Made by a program: the position numbers and the translations under genes
Notes under the pieces: model-generated
What the model was told of the DNA's origin: nothing
Seen by the model: the letters and a program-made list of their open reading frames with translations, nothing else
Database searches by the model: none
From: Octopus sinensis
Taxonomy: Eukaryota
Assembly: GCF_006345805.1 (NCBI RefSeq)
Contig: NW_021834519.1
Span: forward strand, 1-47,719
Reading direction: 5' to 3'
DNA length: 47,719 bases
Shown: positions 35,951-47,719 of the stretch, in pieces
Layout of the letters: each line of letters begins with the position of its first letter
Numbering within the stretch: the stretch's first letter is position 1

Positions 35951-36808
35951 ACAAATTCTCAATCAGGTGGTGACAGTTAAATACGCAATTGATTGATAAA
36001 GGTTACACACTCGTCAATACGAAAACAGGGAATTTATGTAACAACAATACGGAAGACGAATGAAACAAAATAACATAAAACAAGCTAAAAAAATAAATGA
36101 ACGTCTGTGAAACACTTAAAGCAATAATACTGGTATATGGAATGGTACAAATCTAAACCATTTGATCTGCTATAATTAGAGCAGTGACAAGAGTGAAGAA
36201 TGATATAGAAAGTAATGTCAATAAAGATACAGAATCAAGAAACACTTGAAAATAAAAGTAGAATCACTACAAAAAAAACATTAGATTTAGAACAGATTTT
36301 GTATTCATAAAGCTGAAAAAGAGAAGACAAATATGGATGCAGGTATAAAAGAGATGGAAGAAAGATGGTATCTCAGTATGAAAGAGATTATACTAAACAA
36401 GCTAGACGAGATGTTACATCAAAATGCCCCTGAAAATTACTAAAGAATACAAAAGCATGGTGAAAATCAGAGTTACTTTAATACAGATAACGATGGTAAT
36501 AAAACCAAGTATCAAAAATTCAATTACTTTCGGAAAGATATCTACAAAACGACAAATCAAATGAAAGGAAGCATTTAAAAAAAAATTTAGTCAAGAGAAA
36601 ATGGCAATGCCCATGACTCTATACAGAGCCTCTGGGAATGGTGGGAGCGACAGAGAAGGTATCTTCAAACTGGAGAACTGTTCTGAAATGCTTGCCACAG
36701 AATGAACCCCACTAAAGCACCCAAGGTACAAGGTGGTGGTATTAAACCAGGTGATCAGGTAATAAATAAAGTTTGCCATCCAAGCAAATTAGGACAGGAT
36801 TTGAATTC

Positions 36809-36899
36809 AGAATCTAAGGTGTGATGTTAGCGGGACTCCAAAAATGTTCCTGTTCTTTGAACATTTTTGGAGTCCCGCTAACATCACACCTTAGATTCT
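36809..36899. repeat. Perfect 41-bp inverted repeat with a 9-nt loop
   Basis: AGAATCTAAGGTGTGATGTTAGCGGGACTCCAAAAATGTTC-CTGTTCTTT-exact reverse complement. Confidence 0.97.
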
Positions 36900-37588
36900 G
36901 TCAGATATAAACCTTGAGAACGAAGTTAAATTGTGTGTTAGTAGATGATGGATGCTTGGATCAAATTCAGATTGAAAACCAATGATTAGTGTCAAAAAGG
37001 AAGAAAGACGGGGAAAGATACAACAGATCGAACATTGTTCTTTACTTGAGAACTTTTCGTAGAGTGAAATGTTTTTTAATTAAGGGAACCAAGGCCTTAT
37101 GTCATTCTTTTTGTTAATTCGGCCGAAAATAACTGACCTCTCAAAATTTGTGATTTGCGGGAGGGAACTAAAGGTGCCAGCTTATTTCATCGCTACTTAC
37201 GGTGAATGGCCATAGAGAGTTGTAGGTCAAATGTCTATTATAGTCAAGGTTCGGTCAGCTATGTCTCATTGAAACAGAAAATACCAACATATAAATAGCA
37301 ATTTTTATTACATAACCTAAATATTAGCATCAATTAACGCTTCCGGTTTAAAGTCAGCAACATTGTAATCACTAGTTTGTGAATGAAACATAATTAATTT
37401 CTCAGTGACGAAGCAGCCATTTTACCACCGCAAAACGTTATACTGTAATTGCTCCATGACGTTTTTCATTCCATTTTCTATACATCAAGATTAATTCTAA
37501 TGTCGGATTTGATTTCCATACCATCTGTTTTCACATAAATTTCATCGAAACTTTTTTTATATTTTCATGTCTTACAATGGACTACTGT

Positions 37589-37890
37589 GGAGGCACATGG
37601 CCTAGTGGTTAGAGCAGCGGACTCGTGGTCGCGGGATTGCGGGTTCGAATCTCAGACCGGGCGATGTGTGTGTTTATGAGCGAAACACTTAAGCTCCACT
37701 CGGCTCCAGCAGAATGTAATGGCGAACTCCTGCTGACTCTTTCGTCACAACTTTCTCTCACTCTTTCCTCCTGCATCCTGCAGCTCACCTGCGACGGACC
37801 GGCGTCCCGTCCAGGTGGGGAACCTATATGCCAAGGAAACCGGGAAACCGGCCCTAATGAGCCAGGCATGGCTCGAGAAGGAACAAACAA
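37589..37890 (+). mobile_element. tRNA-derived SINE, family D
   Basis: A box TGGCCTAGTGG, B box GGTTCGAATCT; homologous to 46273-46572. Confidence 0.9.
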
Positions 37891-38310
37891 TAGACTAATA
37901 GTCATATTTTAATCATTACACGGCACTGAATACTGAGCAATAATTCTACAAACATACATATGTGCGTCTGTATCTGTCTGCCTTTTATCTGTGCATTTTA
38001 AACCCTCAGCTGCAAATTTCTTAATCCCAAAACGATTACAAACTGTGCCAAATTTTCTCCTGATACATTTAAAAAGGATTTATATCCATTCTAATATACT
38101 AAATCAAAGGACAGTTCAGCAGGCTTGCTCGCGAACGAGCGTGTCCGGTACGTTTACCCGTCATCAATTCACCAGAGAAAGTTCACATTATAAATTTTTT
38201 ACATGATTTTTCAACTTCCAATAATTTTTCTCTTGTTTTCTTTTTTCGCTTTTTTCCCAATAAAATGCTTTTTAACTTTTTAACGGTGAGATACTATGGA
38301 TATATTTTCT

Positions 38311-38410
38311 CGGGAAAATTTCCTTGCGGTGAACTTTCCTAACGGTGAACATTCTTCACGGTGAATTGATGGCGTTAAACTCTCCTGCGATAAATTGGTG
38401 GCGGTGAACT
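38311..38410. repeat. Degenerate ~15-bp tandem of CGGTGAA-type motifs
   Basis: Motifs at 38311, 38327, 38343, 38359, 38373, 38388 and 38402. Confidence 0.65.
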
Positions 38411-38629
38411 TAGCTGTAATCGCGAACGAATATGGCTTAGTAATATAGACCAAACTTTCGCTAATTGACTTAATGGCTATACAGTTGCGAGCAATCAATC
38501 ATCCTTTTGGCACTTTCACTACCACTTTTGATCGTATGGAAAATCCAGGACGTGACAATTGGAGAACGCGAGGGCTGCACTAGTACTCAGTAGGTACACA
38601 TTTGCTGTTGAATAGGCCTGAAAATCCTT

Positions 38630-38835
38630 TTTTCCTCCAGGCACAAGACACGAAAGTTTGGAGAAGGGGGCCAGTCGATTAAATCGACCCCAGTACGCAA
38701 CTGCTACGTAATTTATCGACCCCGAAAGGAAGAAAGGCAAAGTCGAGCTCGGCGGAATTTGAACTCAGGAGAAGACAGGCGAAATACTACTGAGCATTTT
38801 GCCCGGCGTGCTAACGATTCTGCCAGCTCGCCGCT
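38630..38835 (-). mobile_element. Family-A SINE (short tail)
   Basis: Reverse-complement match to other A copies. Confidence 0.88.
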
Positions 38836-39217
38836 TTGAGTAGGCTTGAAAATCGTGAAATGAAATACCTTATTCGAGAACACAAAGTTCCATGCATTGC
38901 AGTTGTGGACGTGAATTTCCGATTGCGCTTTCAATACCATAATGTCTAAGCGATACGTTTTCGAATCAAACATAATCAGTCATTTACAACAGGTTACTAC
39001 CAAAGCATGGCCGGCTACAGTCAATGGTTGATCGCCTACAATATCGTCTACAATGAGAAACAGGAGAAAAATACTGGAACCGAGGCGTACTCAATGATGA
39101 AACAAAAAGACAGAAAATTCAACTCTGAAGTCCCATCATGGCTTTGCCTGACTCAGAACAATTAAAGAGCTAAAGATCACCGTTATGCTTACACATACAC
39201 AAGTATATTAAACGTGT

Positions 39218-39600
39218 GGAGGCGCAATGGCCCAGTGGTTAGGGCAGCGGACTCGCGGTCATAGGATCGCGGTTTCGATTCCCAGACCGGGCGTTCTGAG
39301 TGTTTATTGAGCGAAAACACCTAAAGCTCCACGAGGCTCCGGCAGGGGATGGTGGTGATTCCTGCTGTACTCTTTCACCACAACTTTCTCTCACTCTTAC
39401 TTCCTGTTTCTGTTGTACCTGTATTTCGAAGGGCCGGCCTTGTCACTCTCTGTGTCACGCTGAATATCCCCGAGAACTACGTTAAGGGTGCATGTGTCTG
39501 TGGAGTGCTCAGCCACTTACACGTTAATTTCACGAGCAGGCTGTTCCGTTGATTCGGATCAACCGGAACCCTCATCGTCGTAACCGACGGAGTGCTTCCA
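39218..39600 (+). mobile_element. Family-C SINE, full length with a 12-bp TSD
   Basis: ATATTAAACGTG at 39205-39216 and 39605-39616; near-identical to 3791-4175. Confidence 0.93.
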
Positions 39601-39750
39601 GCCCATATTAAACGTGAATGTGTCTGTGTGTATGTTTGAATGTCAGTGCGTCTATGTGAGCGTATTTGTTTTGATTTGTTGATGATCCTATTCTGAAGAT
39701 AAGGTAGAAGTATGTTGTAGCTGTGACATTTTGAAATTAATTTTCCTTTT

Positions 39751-39881
39751 CTACACAAAGCTCGAAATTTTGGGGGAGGAGGACAGTTGATTAGATAGAC
39801 TCCAGTACGAATCTGGTACTTAATTTAACGACCCTGAAAGGATAAAAGGCAAAGTCGGCAACGGCGGAATTTGATCTCAGA
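39751..39881 (-). mobile_element. 5'-truncated family-A SINE
   Basis: GAAAGGATAAAAGGCAAAGTCGGC...GGCGGAATTTGA. Confidence 0.75.
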
Positions 39882-40592
39882 TTATATACAACGGAAAATT
39901 TATTTCGATTTCGTCTTTCTTTACGTTCTTACAATCAGAATATCGTAAAAATTTTAATTCTCTTCAAAATAGGAACAAGTCTCTCTTCCTATATTCAACC
40001 AGTGAGTAAAGAAACCAGAATTCATTCGTCTCTCCTAATTCGAAAATCATAACTTTGGTAATTCTCTTGACTATTACTAGAAATATTAAGTATAATAAAT
40101 GATTTGTTTTATTTTTTTATTACGAAGTTGTATTCGGTATAACGTGTAATTAGTCTAAGCGCAACAGATCTGAGGGAGAATTTCAACACAGTAGGATTTA
40201 TTACTTTATCCTGGCTTGTAAATTAGGAGCTAAAGAGAAAACCAGATCGTTAGCAACTTAAATGAACTTTTAATGTTTATTCCATCGAGAAATACCAGTG
40301 ATCAAACTGCCAATAGTTCAAATTACAAACAAGTAAGTTCTTCCGATATCTAAGTGTTCTAGAAAGTCCGATTATATTGCAGCAGTTTAACAAGTAATGT
40401 CTGTTATAACCTACGGTGAACGGTTAACGGTTGATGCCATTGAAATGACATATTAGCTCAAAACATAAGGAATTAGAACCAACTGGTGAACCTCTATATG
40501 TGGACACTCGAATTACTAAAAATGGCAGTCAAATCTTCCTCACAGCACATTCTACGGTCTTAAAAAAGAAGGCCACGTTTATTTTGATTATG

Positions 40593-40662
40593 TACTATAG
40601 CCTCGGGCCGACCAAAGCCTTGTGAGTAGATTTGGTGGACGGAAACTGAAAGAAGCCCGTCG

Positions 40663-40696
<34 letters not shown>

Positions 40697-40868
40697 TGCT
40701 GGAGTGTTTACGTCCCGTAGCTTAGTAGTTCGGCAAAAGAGACCGATAGAATAAATACTAGGCTTACAAAGAATAAATTCTGGGGTCGATTTGCTCGACT
40801 ACACGCGGTGCTCCACCATGGCCACAGTCAAATGACTGAAACAAGTAAAAGAGTAAAAGAGTAAAGAG
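40593..40868 (+). mobile_element. 5'-truncated family-B SINE
   Basis: Starts at TACTATAGCCTCGGGCCGACC; tail (AGTAAAAG)n. Confidence 0.88.
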
Positions 40869-42539
40869 TATAACTTTTCAGAATGGATTCTAAGTGAGTT
40901 AGGTATTTGAAACTGTTTCCAATGAAAACTTATGAAGTGTAGGATTTAAGAGCAATACGATGGCTGGTGTCTGACTCAGAGATGCTGTATTTTGTAAGAT
41001 AAGATACAGAGTAAGGGTATAAGGATAGATTACTAAGATGGTGTAGGGGAGAGAGAGAAAGTGAGAGAGAGAGAAAGAGAGAGAGAAAGAAAGAGATACA
41101 GAGAAAGAGATAGAATGTATCTGTGTGTCAGAGTGTGTATTTAGTAAAGATGATTAGAAGTGCTTTTTGGTCCGAATGGTTTGTTGCTTTCCACTATCCA
41201 GTAGAGTTTGCAGATATGGCGACTGAGATCATAGTGGTTAAACAAGGTGAGGAATCAAATAAGTATCAGGAATTTCGTTGAGCATGAAAAATGTAGAGAT
41301 GGTGGTGTGTCAGGTAGCAAATGTGGCGGTGGAGAGATTTTCACTCAAATATCAATGGAGCCATAAGGGTAGTGAAGTAGTGGTGAAAGAAATAGCACAA
41401 ATTATATTGAAACTCTCTTTGCAATGGTTTAGAATCCACTGCTCCAGTTTGGTAAATGGAAGAATTCGCAAGATAGTACCCGTTTTATGATAGTCGTATA
41501 GTTTATGGAAATGATGGGTGACTTCTTCCAGCTCCAAATACTGCAAGTAATGCTTTCTGCCCAGTCTGACGTTGTAGAGCTGTGGGCTGGTCACAAGGGG
41601 GCTTCGAGGATTATGCTTTTAAGTGTGAGAGAGGTGTGAATAAACAGGTCTAAAAGACTGAAAAAATTGGAGATGATTAAGAAGAACGAAAACCGCTTAC
41701 TGCTGATTAGGTGATCAGATGCTTTAGAACATGAGTAGTTCCTATTAGGATGTTCCAAAGCGGCCTTGGAGCGGTAAATGTGAGGTGAGCTGACTTGTTT
41801 ATGCAGTTATCAGATACGTCAAGGAGTAGAGTAACGATAATAAATGATTGCAGACTGTCTTTTGAAGTGTGATACCAAATACTTGTGAGTACTAACTGCT
41901 GCAGGCAGTTGAGGGCGGTAAAGCGGTGCAGACGCTATGCGTTTTAAAGACATAATCCCTTGCCATTTAACATAACGATAGGCTCTTTAATACCTCCGGT
42001 TAACTGTAGTATTTTATATATAAATAAGGTGCAAAATAAGGTACATAATAGTCACACATACAAAGATTCACATATTTCCCTTGTGCACGCACACACATAC
42101 ACACATATACTCACACAGAGTTGAAACGCTGATTTTTTTTCACCCCTTACTTCATTATTCATCTATCACCTCTTCTTTTCTCTCATTGCTATTACTTTCT
42201 CTCATTCCCTCCTCAGTCAGGACTATTACTCTCACTACTTTTCCTTCACTGAATTACTATTTTCTCTCCTCCTCCACGTCCGGCGTGATTCTGGACAAAT
42301 ATGTATATACAAATGTATAAAAACACTACGCTCATTATTATTATATTAGGAGAGTTTCATAACGAAATGCCCCGTCCCAACGAGTCATTAATAGTTATCG
42401 AAGGAATTTGGAAAATTAGCAGAGACAGCAGTCGAATGAAGAGAATTAAGTGAAAACTAAAATAATAGGAAATCGCTTTCTCTGAAAACAGGGGAGAAGA
42501 ATTGACGCATATGGTGTAGAGAGGTGGTGGGGGCTGTAA

Positions 42540-42952
42540 TGTTGTTGTTATTGTTGTTGGTGGTGGTTGTCGTGTTAGTGTTGTTATTGTTAGTGGTGGT
42601 GATGGTGGTGGTAGTAGTTGTGGTTGTGGTGATGGTTGTGGTAGTGGTGGTGGTTGTGGTGGTGGTGGTGGTTGTGGTGGTGGTGGTGGTGGTTGTCGTA
42701 TTGGCGTTGTTGTTGTTAGTGGTGGTGATGGTGGTAGTGGTGGTAGTAGTTGTGGTTGTGGTGATGGTTGTGGTGCTTGTGGTAGTGGTGGTGGTGGTGG
42801 TGGTGGTGGCGGTGGTTGTCGTATTGGCGTTGTTGTTGTTAGTGGTGGTGATGGTGGTGGTGGTGGTGGTGGTAGTAGTTGTGGTTGTGGTGATGGTTGT
42901 GGTGCTTGTGGTGGTGGTGGTGGTAGTGGTGGTGATTGTCGTATTGTTGTTG

Positions 42953-42984
<32 letters not shown>

Positions 42985-42995
42985 GGTGGTGGTGG
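42540..42995. repeat. (GTG/GTT)n array with a ~123-bp higher-order repeat
   Basis: The marker (G/A)TTGTCGT recurs at 42566, 42692, 42815 and 42935. Confidence 0.85.
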
Positions 42996-43309
42996 TTGTG
43001 GTTTCAGCAGTAATAGTAATAGAACAATACGAGAGTTGCAGCACCAGGGTGGAGTCGAACCACGAACGAAATGAAAAAAAAAAGAAAAAAAAACAGGAAA
43101 AAAATAGAAATAAAAGCAACAACAACAACAGCAGCAACAGTATCAGCAACAATGACAATCAAGCTGAGAGAGGAATATAATGGAAGAGAGGATTCTACTC
43201 GCAGACATTATGGTGATACTGACGGTGAAGAGGAGGAGCAGGAGGCGGAGGCGGAGGCGGAGGAGAGAAAATGATTGGTGAATAATATACTTCTTTATAA
43301 ATGACATTG

Positions 43310-43500
<191 letters not shown>

Positions 43501-43911
43501 TGACTGCAAGTGGAGGTCCTGGAAGAAGTGATGTGTAATTCATAGTAACAATAACGCAGTAAGGACAGGTATGGTGGTGAGGATAAGGAAGAGGATTAGA
43601 GGAAGCGAGAGGAGGAGGGAGAAGGAAAGAGGTAGAAGAAAAGGGGCGTAGGTAGGGTGGAAGAGGAAGGAGGAGGATGGTGATGATGATGATGATGATG
43701 ATGATGATGTCAACAACAACGACGAAGACGAAATCCATACCTCTATTAACAACAACAACAACAACAACGAAAACAACAATAATGATTTCCAATTTTTAGC
43801 ACAAAGCCAGCAATTTTAACGGGTGGCTATTCATCAATTACATCGCATCCTCCTCGCCACCTCCACCACCACCACACCCCGTGCATCATTGGTAAATTTT
43901 TTTTTTTTTTT

Positions 43912-44042
43912 TTATCGATTCAGAAAGATGAAAGCCAAAATTTAACTTCGGCGGTATTTGAACTCCGAACGTAAAGAGCCGGAACAGATGTTGCTAAACA
44001 TTTTTCTTCTATACTCAAACGATTCTGCCAACACGCCGCCTT
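43912..44042 (-). mobile_element. Diverged 5' half of a family-A SINE
   Basis: GGCGGTATTTGAACTC...ACGATTCTGCCAACACGCCGCC. Confidence 0.7.
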
Positions 44043-44059
44043 AATCACCATCAACAACG

Positions 44060-44705
<646 letters not shown>

Positions 44706-45289
44706 ATTGTCTTTCTCTTCAGCGAATGAATAAATAATTCGTTGTCTTTCCGGGTGCCATGTTTCATCCGCCTCTCATCTTTCCATTTCGTGTGATTGCA
44801 TTCTAACACGCAACGAGGAAGACACAACTACAACAACAACAGCAACACCAACAACAACAACAACAATAACAGTAAAAGCAACAACTATTGTAATACAAAT
44901 AATATAACAAAAGTAACGAAAATAATATTGTTAAAAAAAAGGACAATAACAAATAATATAACAAAAGTAAAAACAAGAACCAAAACAAAAAGAGTCAAAA
45001 TGAACGACAATGAATATGTATCTAAGAGACTGTAGTTGCACGCATGCGTGCTGGTACGACTCTATTGCTGTTGCGCCTGCGTGTCTTTCGTGTGCCGAGG
45101 CCTACCGGCCGATCTTGCCCTGTCACGCATGCGTATTGTGTGCATTGTGGCTATTCGTGCGAGTGTATATATTTTTTATGTTTATACTTGTACGGATATT
45201 GCGTGCTCGATATCGTGTTTTCTATAATGTATTGGTGTCTATGTGTATTGCGCACAAATGTGCGTGAACTTGTGTGTGTATGTGCGTGT

Positions 45290-45296
45290 GTGGAGC

Positions 45297-45332
<36 letters not shown>

Positions 45333-45510
45333 AAGAAAGAAAGAAAGAAAGAAAGCAAGAAAGAAAGAAAGCAAGAAAGAAAGAAAGAGATATTGTGTGT
45401 TTGTGCACACAATGTGTGGGTTTGTGTGGATGTGTATGCATCAGTGAAAGTGTTAGTACGTCTGTGACTGTTTACGTTACATTTGAGCCTATTGTGAGTG
45501 TGCACATGTA

Positions 45511-45546
<36 letters not shown>

Positions 45547-45711
45547 AGTGTGCGAGCCCATATGTGTCCGCACATGAGTGCGTGTGTGATTGTGAACGTG
45601 TGAGCCTGCCTGGCATGCAGATACATAACTGTGCGAGCTTATCAATGTGTGTTAGTGTGTGTAAGTGTATGTATGTATGTATGTATGTATGTGTGTGCAT
45701 GTGTATATGTA

Positions 45712-45757
<46 letters not shown>

Positions 45758-45871
45758 GAGTGTGTATAGGGCAGTTGTTCATGCAAACGTACACGTTTGA
45801 CTGTTCGTCCGTGCGTGTACATACATGCAAACGAGCGTGTGTTTGTTTGTGCATGTGTGTGTGTGTGCGTG

Positions 45872-45904
<33 letters not shown>

Positions 45905-45910
45905 ACGTTC
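45290..45910. repeat. (TG)n/(GA)n/(GAAA)n/(TATG)n field
   Basis: Directly visible. Confidence 0.85.
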
Positions 45911-46272
45911 GTGCGTGCGTGCGCGTGCAAAGTTCGTATGGGTGAATCAGGTGAACTTTTCGATGTAAAGAGCAAGAAAGAAGCAGCTTAACTCGTGGTT
46001 ATTTAAACATTATATTACAAGCCCCACTCTGACAAAATTGCATTCCCAGCATCGCTTCTAACTCACGATACGTCGCTCGCCCCCCCCTCCTTCCCCCCAT
46101 CCTGCACATTTCCTCAGCCTCTACATCCTTCTCTATGTTACTAGCTTTCGCTTTCTCTCTCTCTCTCTCTATTTCTCACTCTGTCTCTTACTTTCTGTCT
46201 CTGCATTTCTCTCTCACTTTTTCAACATTACACGTCTCATTGCTCCATGAATGTATCTATTGAGGTGCAAGT

Positions 46273-46572
46273 GGAGGCACATGGCCTAGTGGTTAGAGCA
46301 GCGGACTCGCGGTCGAGGGATCGCGGGTTCGAATCTCAGACCGGGCGATGTGTGTGTTTATGAGCGAAAACACCTAAGCTCCACGCAGCTCCGGCAGAAG
46401 ATAATGGCGAACTTCTGCTGACTCTTTTGCCACAACTTTCTCTCACTCTTTCCTCCTACATCTTGCAGCTCAACTACGACGGAGCTGCGTCCCGTCCAGG
46501 TGGGGAACCTATACACCAAGAAATCGGAAAACCGGCTCTATGAGCCAGGCATGGCCCGAGAAGGAAGTAACA
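46273..46572 (+). mobile_element. Family-D SINE inserted into the head of a family-B SINE
   Basis: 13-bp near-TSD ATTGAGG(T/C)GCAAG at 46259-46271 and 46573-46585. Confidence 0.88.
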
Positions 46573-46575
46573 ATT

Positions 46576-46745
46576 GAGGCGCAAGCGTAGCTGTGTGGTA
46601 TGAGGTTTGCTTCCTTATCACATGGATCCAGGTTCAGTCCCACTTCGTAGCACAATGGGCTAATGCCTTCTGCTATAGCCTCGAACCGAGCAAAGCCTTG
46701 TGAGTGGTTTTGGTAAACGGAAATTGAAACGAGACCGTCGTACGT
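46576..46745 (+). mobile_element. Family-B SINE 5' half
   Basis: GAGGCGCAAGCGTAGCTGTGTGG...GGTTCAGTCCC...CTATAGCCTCG...CCGTCGTA. Confidence 0.8.
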
Positions 46746-46914
46746 ATGTGATTTTTTATTTCATTTTATTTTATCTAGTTTCAGCTCACAAGCTGTGGCC
46801 ATGCTGGGGCACCGCCATTTGTTCAGTTTTATTTCAAGATTTCTTGCCAATGGAGATCTTCGATCCAAGACTCCTTCATTGGAATTTCAACATAAATAAC
46901 AAAGTATTTTTGTT

Positions 46915-47345
46915 TGTATGTATGTATGTATGTATTATGTATGTATGTATGTATGTATGTATGTATGTATGTATGTATGTATGTATGTATGTATGTATGT
47001 ATGTACGTATGTAAGTATGTATGTATGTATGTATGTACGTATGCATGTATGTATGTATGTATGTATGTACGTATGTAAGTATGTATGTATGTATGTATGT
47101 ATGTACGTATGTAAGTATGTATGTATGCATGCACGAATGTATGTATGTATGTATGTATGTATGTATGTATGTATGCATGCATGCATGCATGCATGTATGT
47201 ATGTATGTATGTATGTATGTATGTATGTATGTACATATGTATGTACGTATGTATGTATGTATGTATGTTTGTATGTATGTACATATGTATGTACGTATGT
47301 ATGTATGTATGTATGTATGTATGTATGTATGTATGTATGTATGCA
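46915..47345. repeat. (ATGT)n array with variant tetramers
   Basis: Directly visible; source of the MYVC/IHTY ORFs. Confidence 0.97.
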
Positions 47346-47666
47346 TGTAGGACCCTTCAAATTGTTTCTCCCAGTGCTCCCAATTTTCCTATTGTTTTGA
47401 TCTAACGACCCTCCATGTTTGTTTCCCTTCAGTTTCCTTGTATGTCTCCACTGTCGTGTTTTTGTTCCCAACTTTGACCATTATTTCAGAATTTATGGGA
47501 GCAACTGTTTTCGAATACTCATATTGCCGTTGAATGCTCGAAATGAGGTGCAGATAGACAACCGACAACTGATGAGGGTCCCCCTTCTGTGTTAACTTGT
47601 CCTGTTTCCAATTTTTCTCGTTGTTTACGCATTTCGTGTTATTTGCACGGCTGGTGATGTCCTGTA

Positions 47667-47668
<2 letters not shown>

Positions 47669-47719
<51 letters not shown>
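47669..47719. repeat. (TA)n running to the window edge
   Basis: Directly visible. Confidence 0.95.

Noticed and set aside
41160-41900. Possible Penelope or other LINE remnant on the minus strand
   Set aside because: I could not recover a diagnostic RT or GIY-YIG motif by eye; a tBLASTN search is needed

Overview
This is AT-rich, repeat-dense eukaryotic DNA with no long host ORF, no rRNA gene, no intact tRNA gene and no CRISPR array. Nearly every ORF in the supplied track is a translation of microsatellites or a transposon fragment. The compound microsatellites and the tRNA-derived SINE sequences look like an octopod cephalopod genome. That is inference from recalled sequence, not a database search. 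Content: about 25 SINE copies from at least five modular families, labelled A, B, C, D and F here with my own labels; decayed non-LTR fragments (Tx1/L1-like with a zf-RVT motif, R4/Dong-like, CR1/L2-like); one decayed Chapaev3-like (CMC) transposase; several MITE/foldback elements; and two small hairpins. The most unusual structures are a SINE-body tandem array with an exact 184-bp period and a palindromic junction (15601-16153), a 590-bp foldback with ~235-bp arms (17566-18154), a perfect 41-bp hairpin (36809-36899), a MITE carrying TTAGGG repeats (24518-24953), a chimeric SINE (13716-14006), and a nested inverted SINE cluster (7744-10179). A few short plus-strand exon candidates exist but cannot be confirmed from sequence alone. 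I found no evidence for a new protein-coding system. Boundaries of degenerate elements are approximate.
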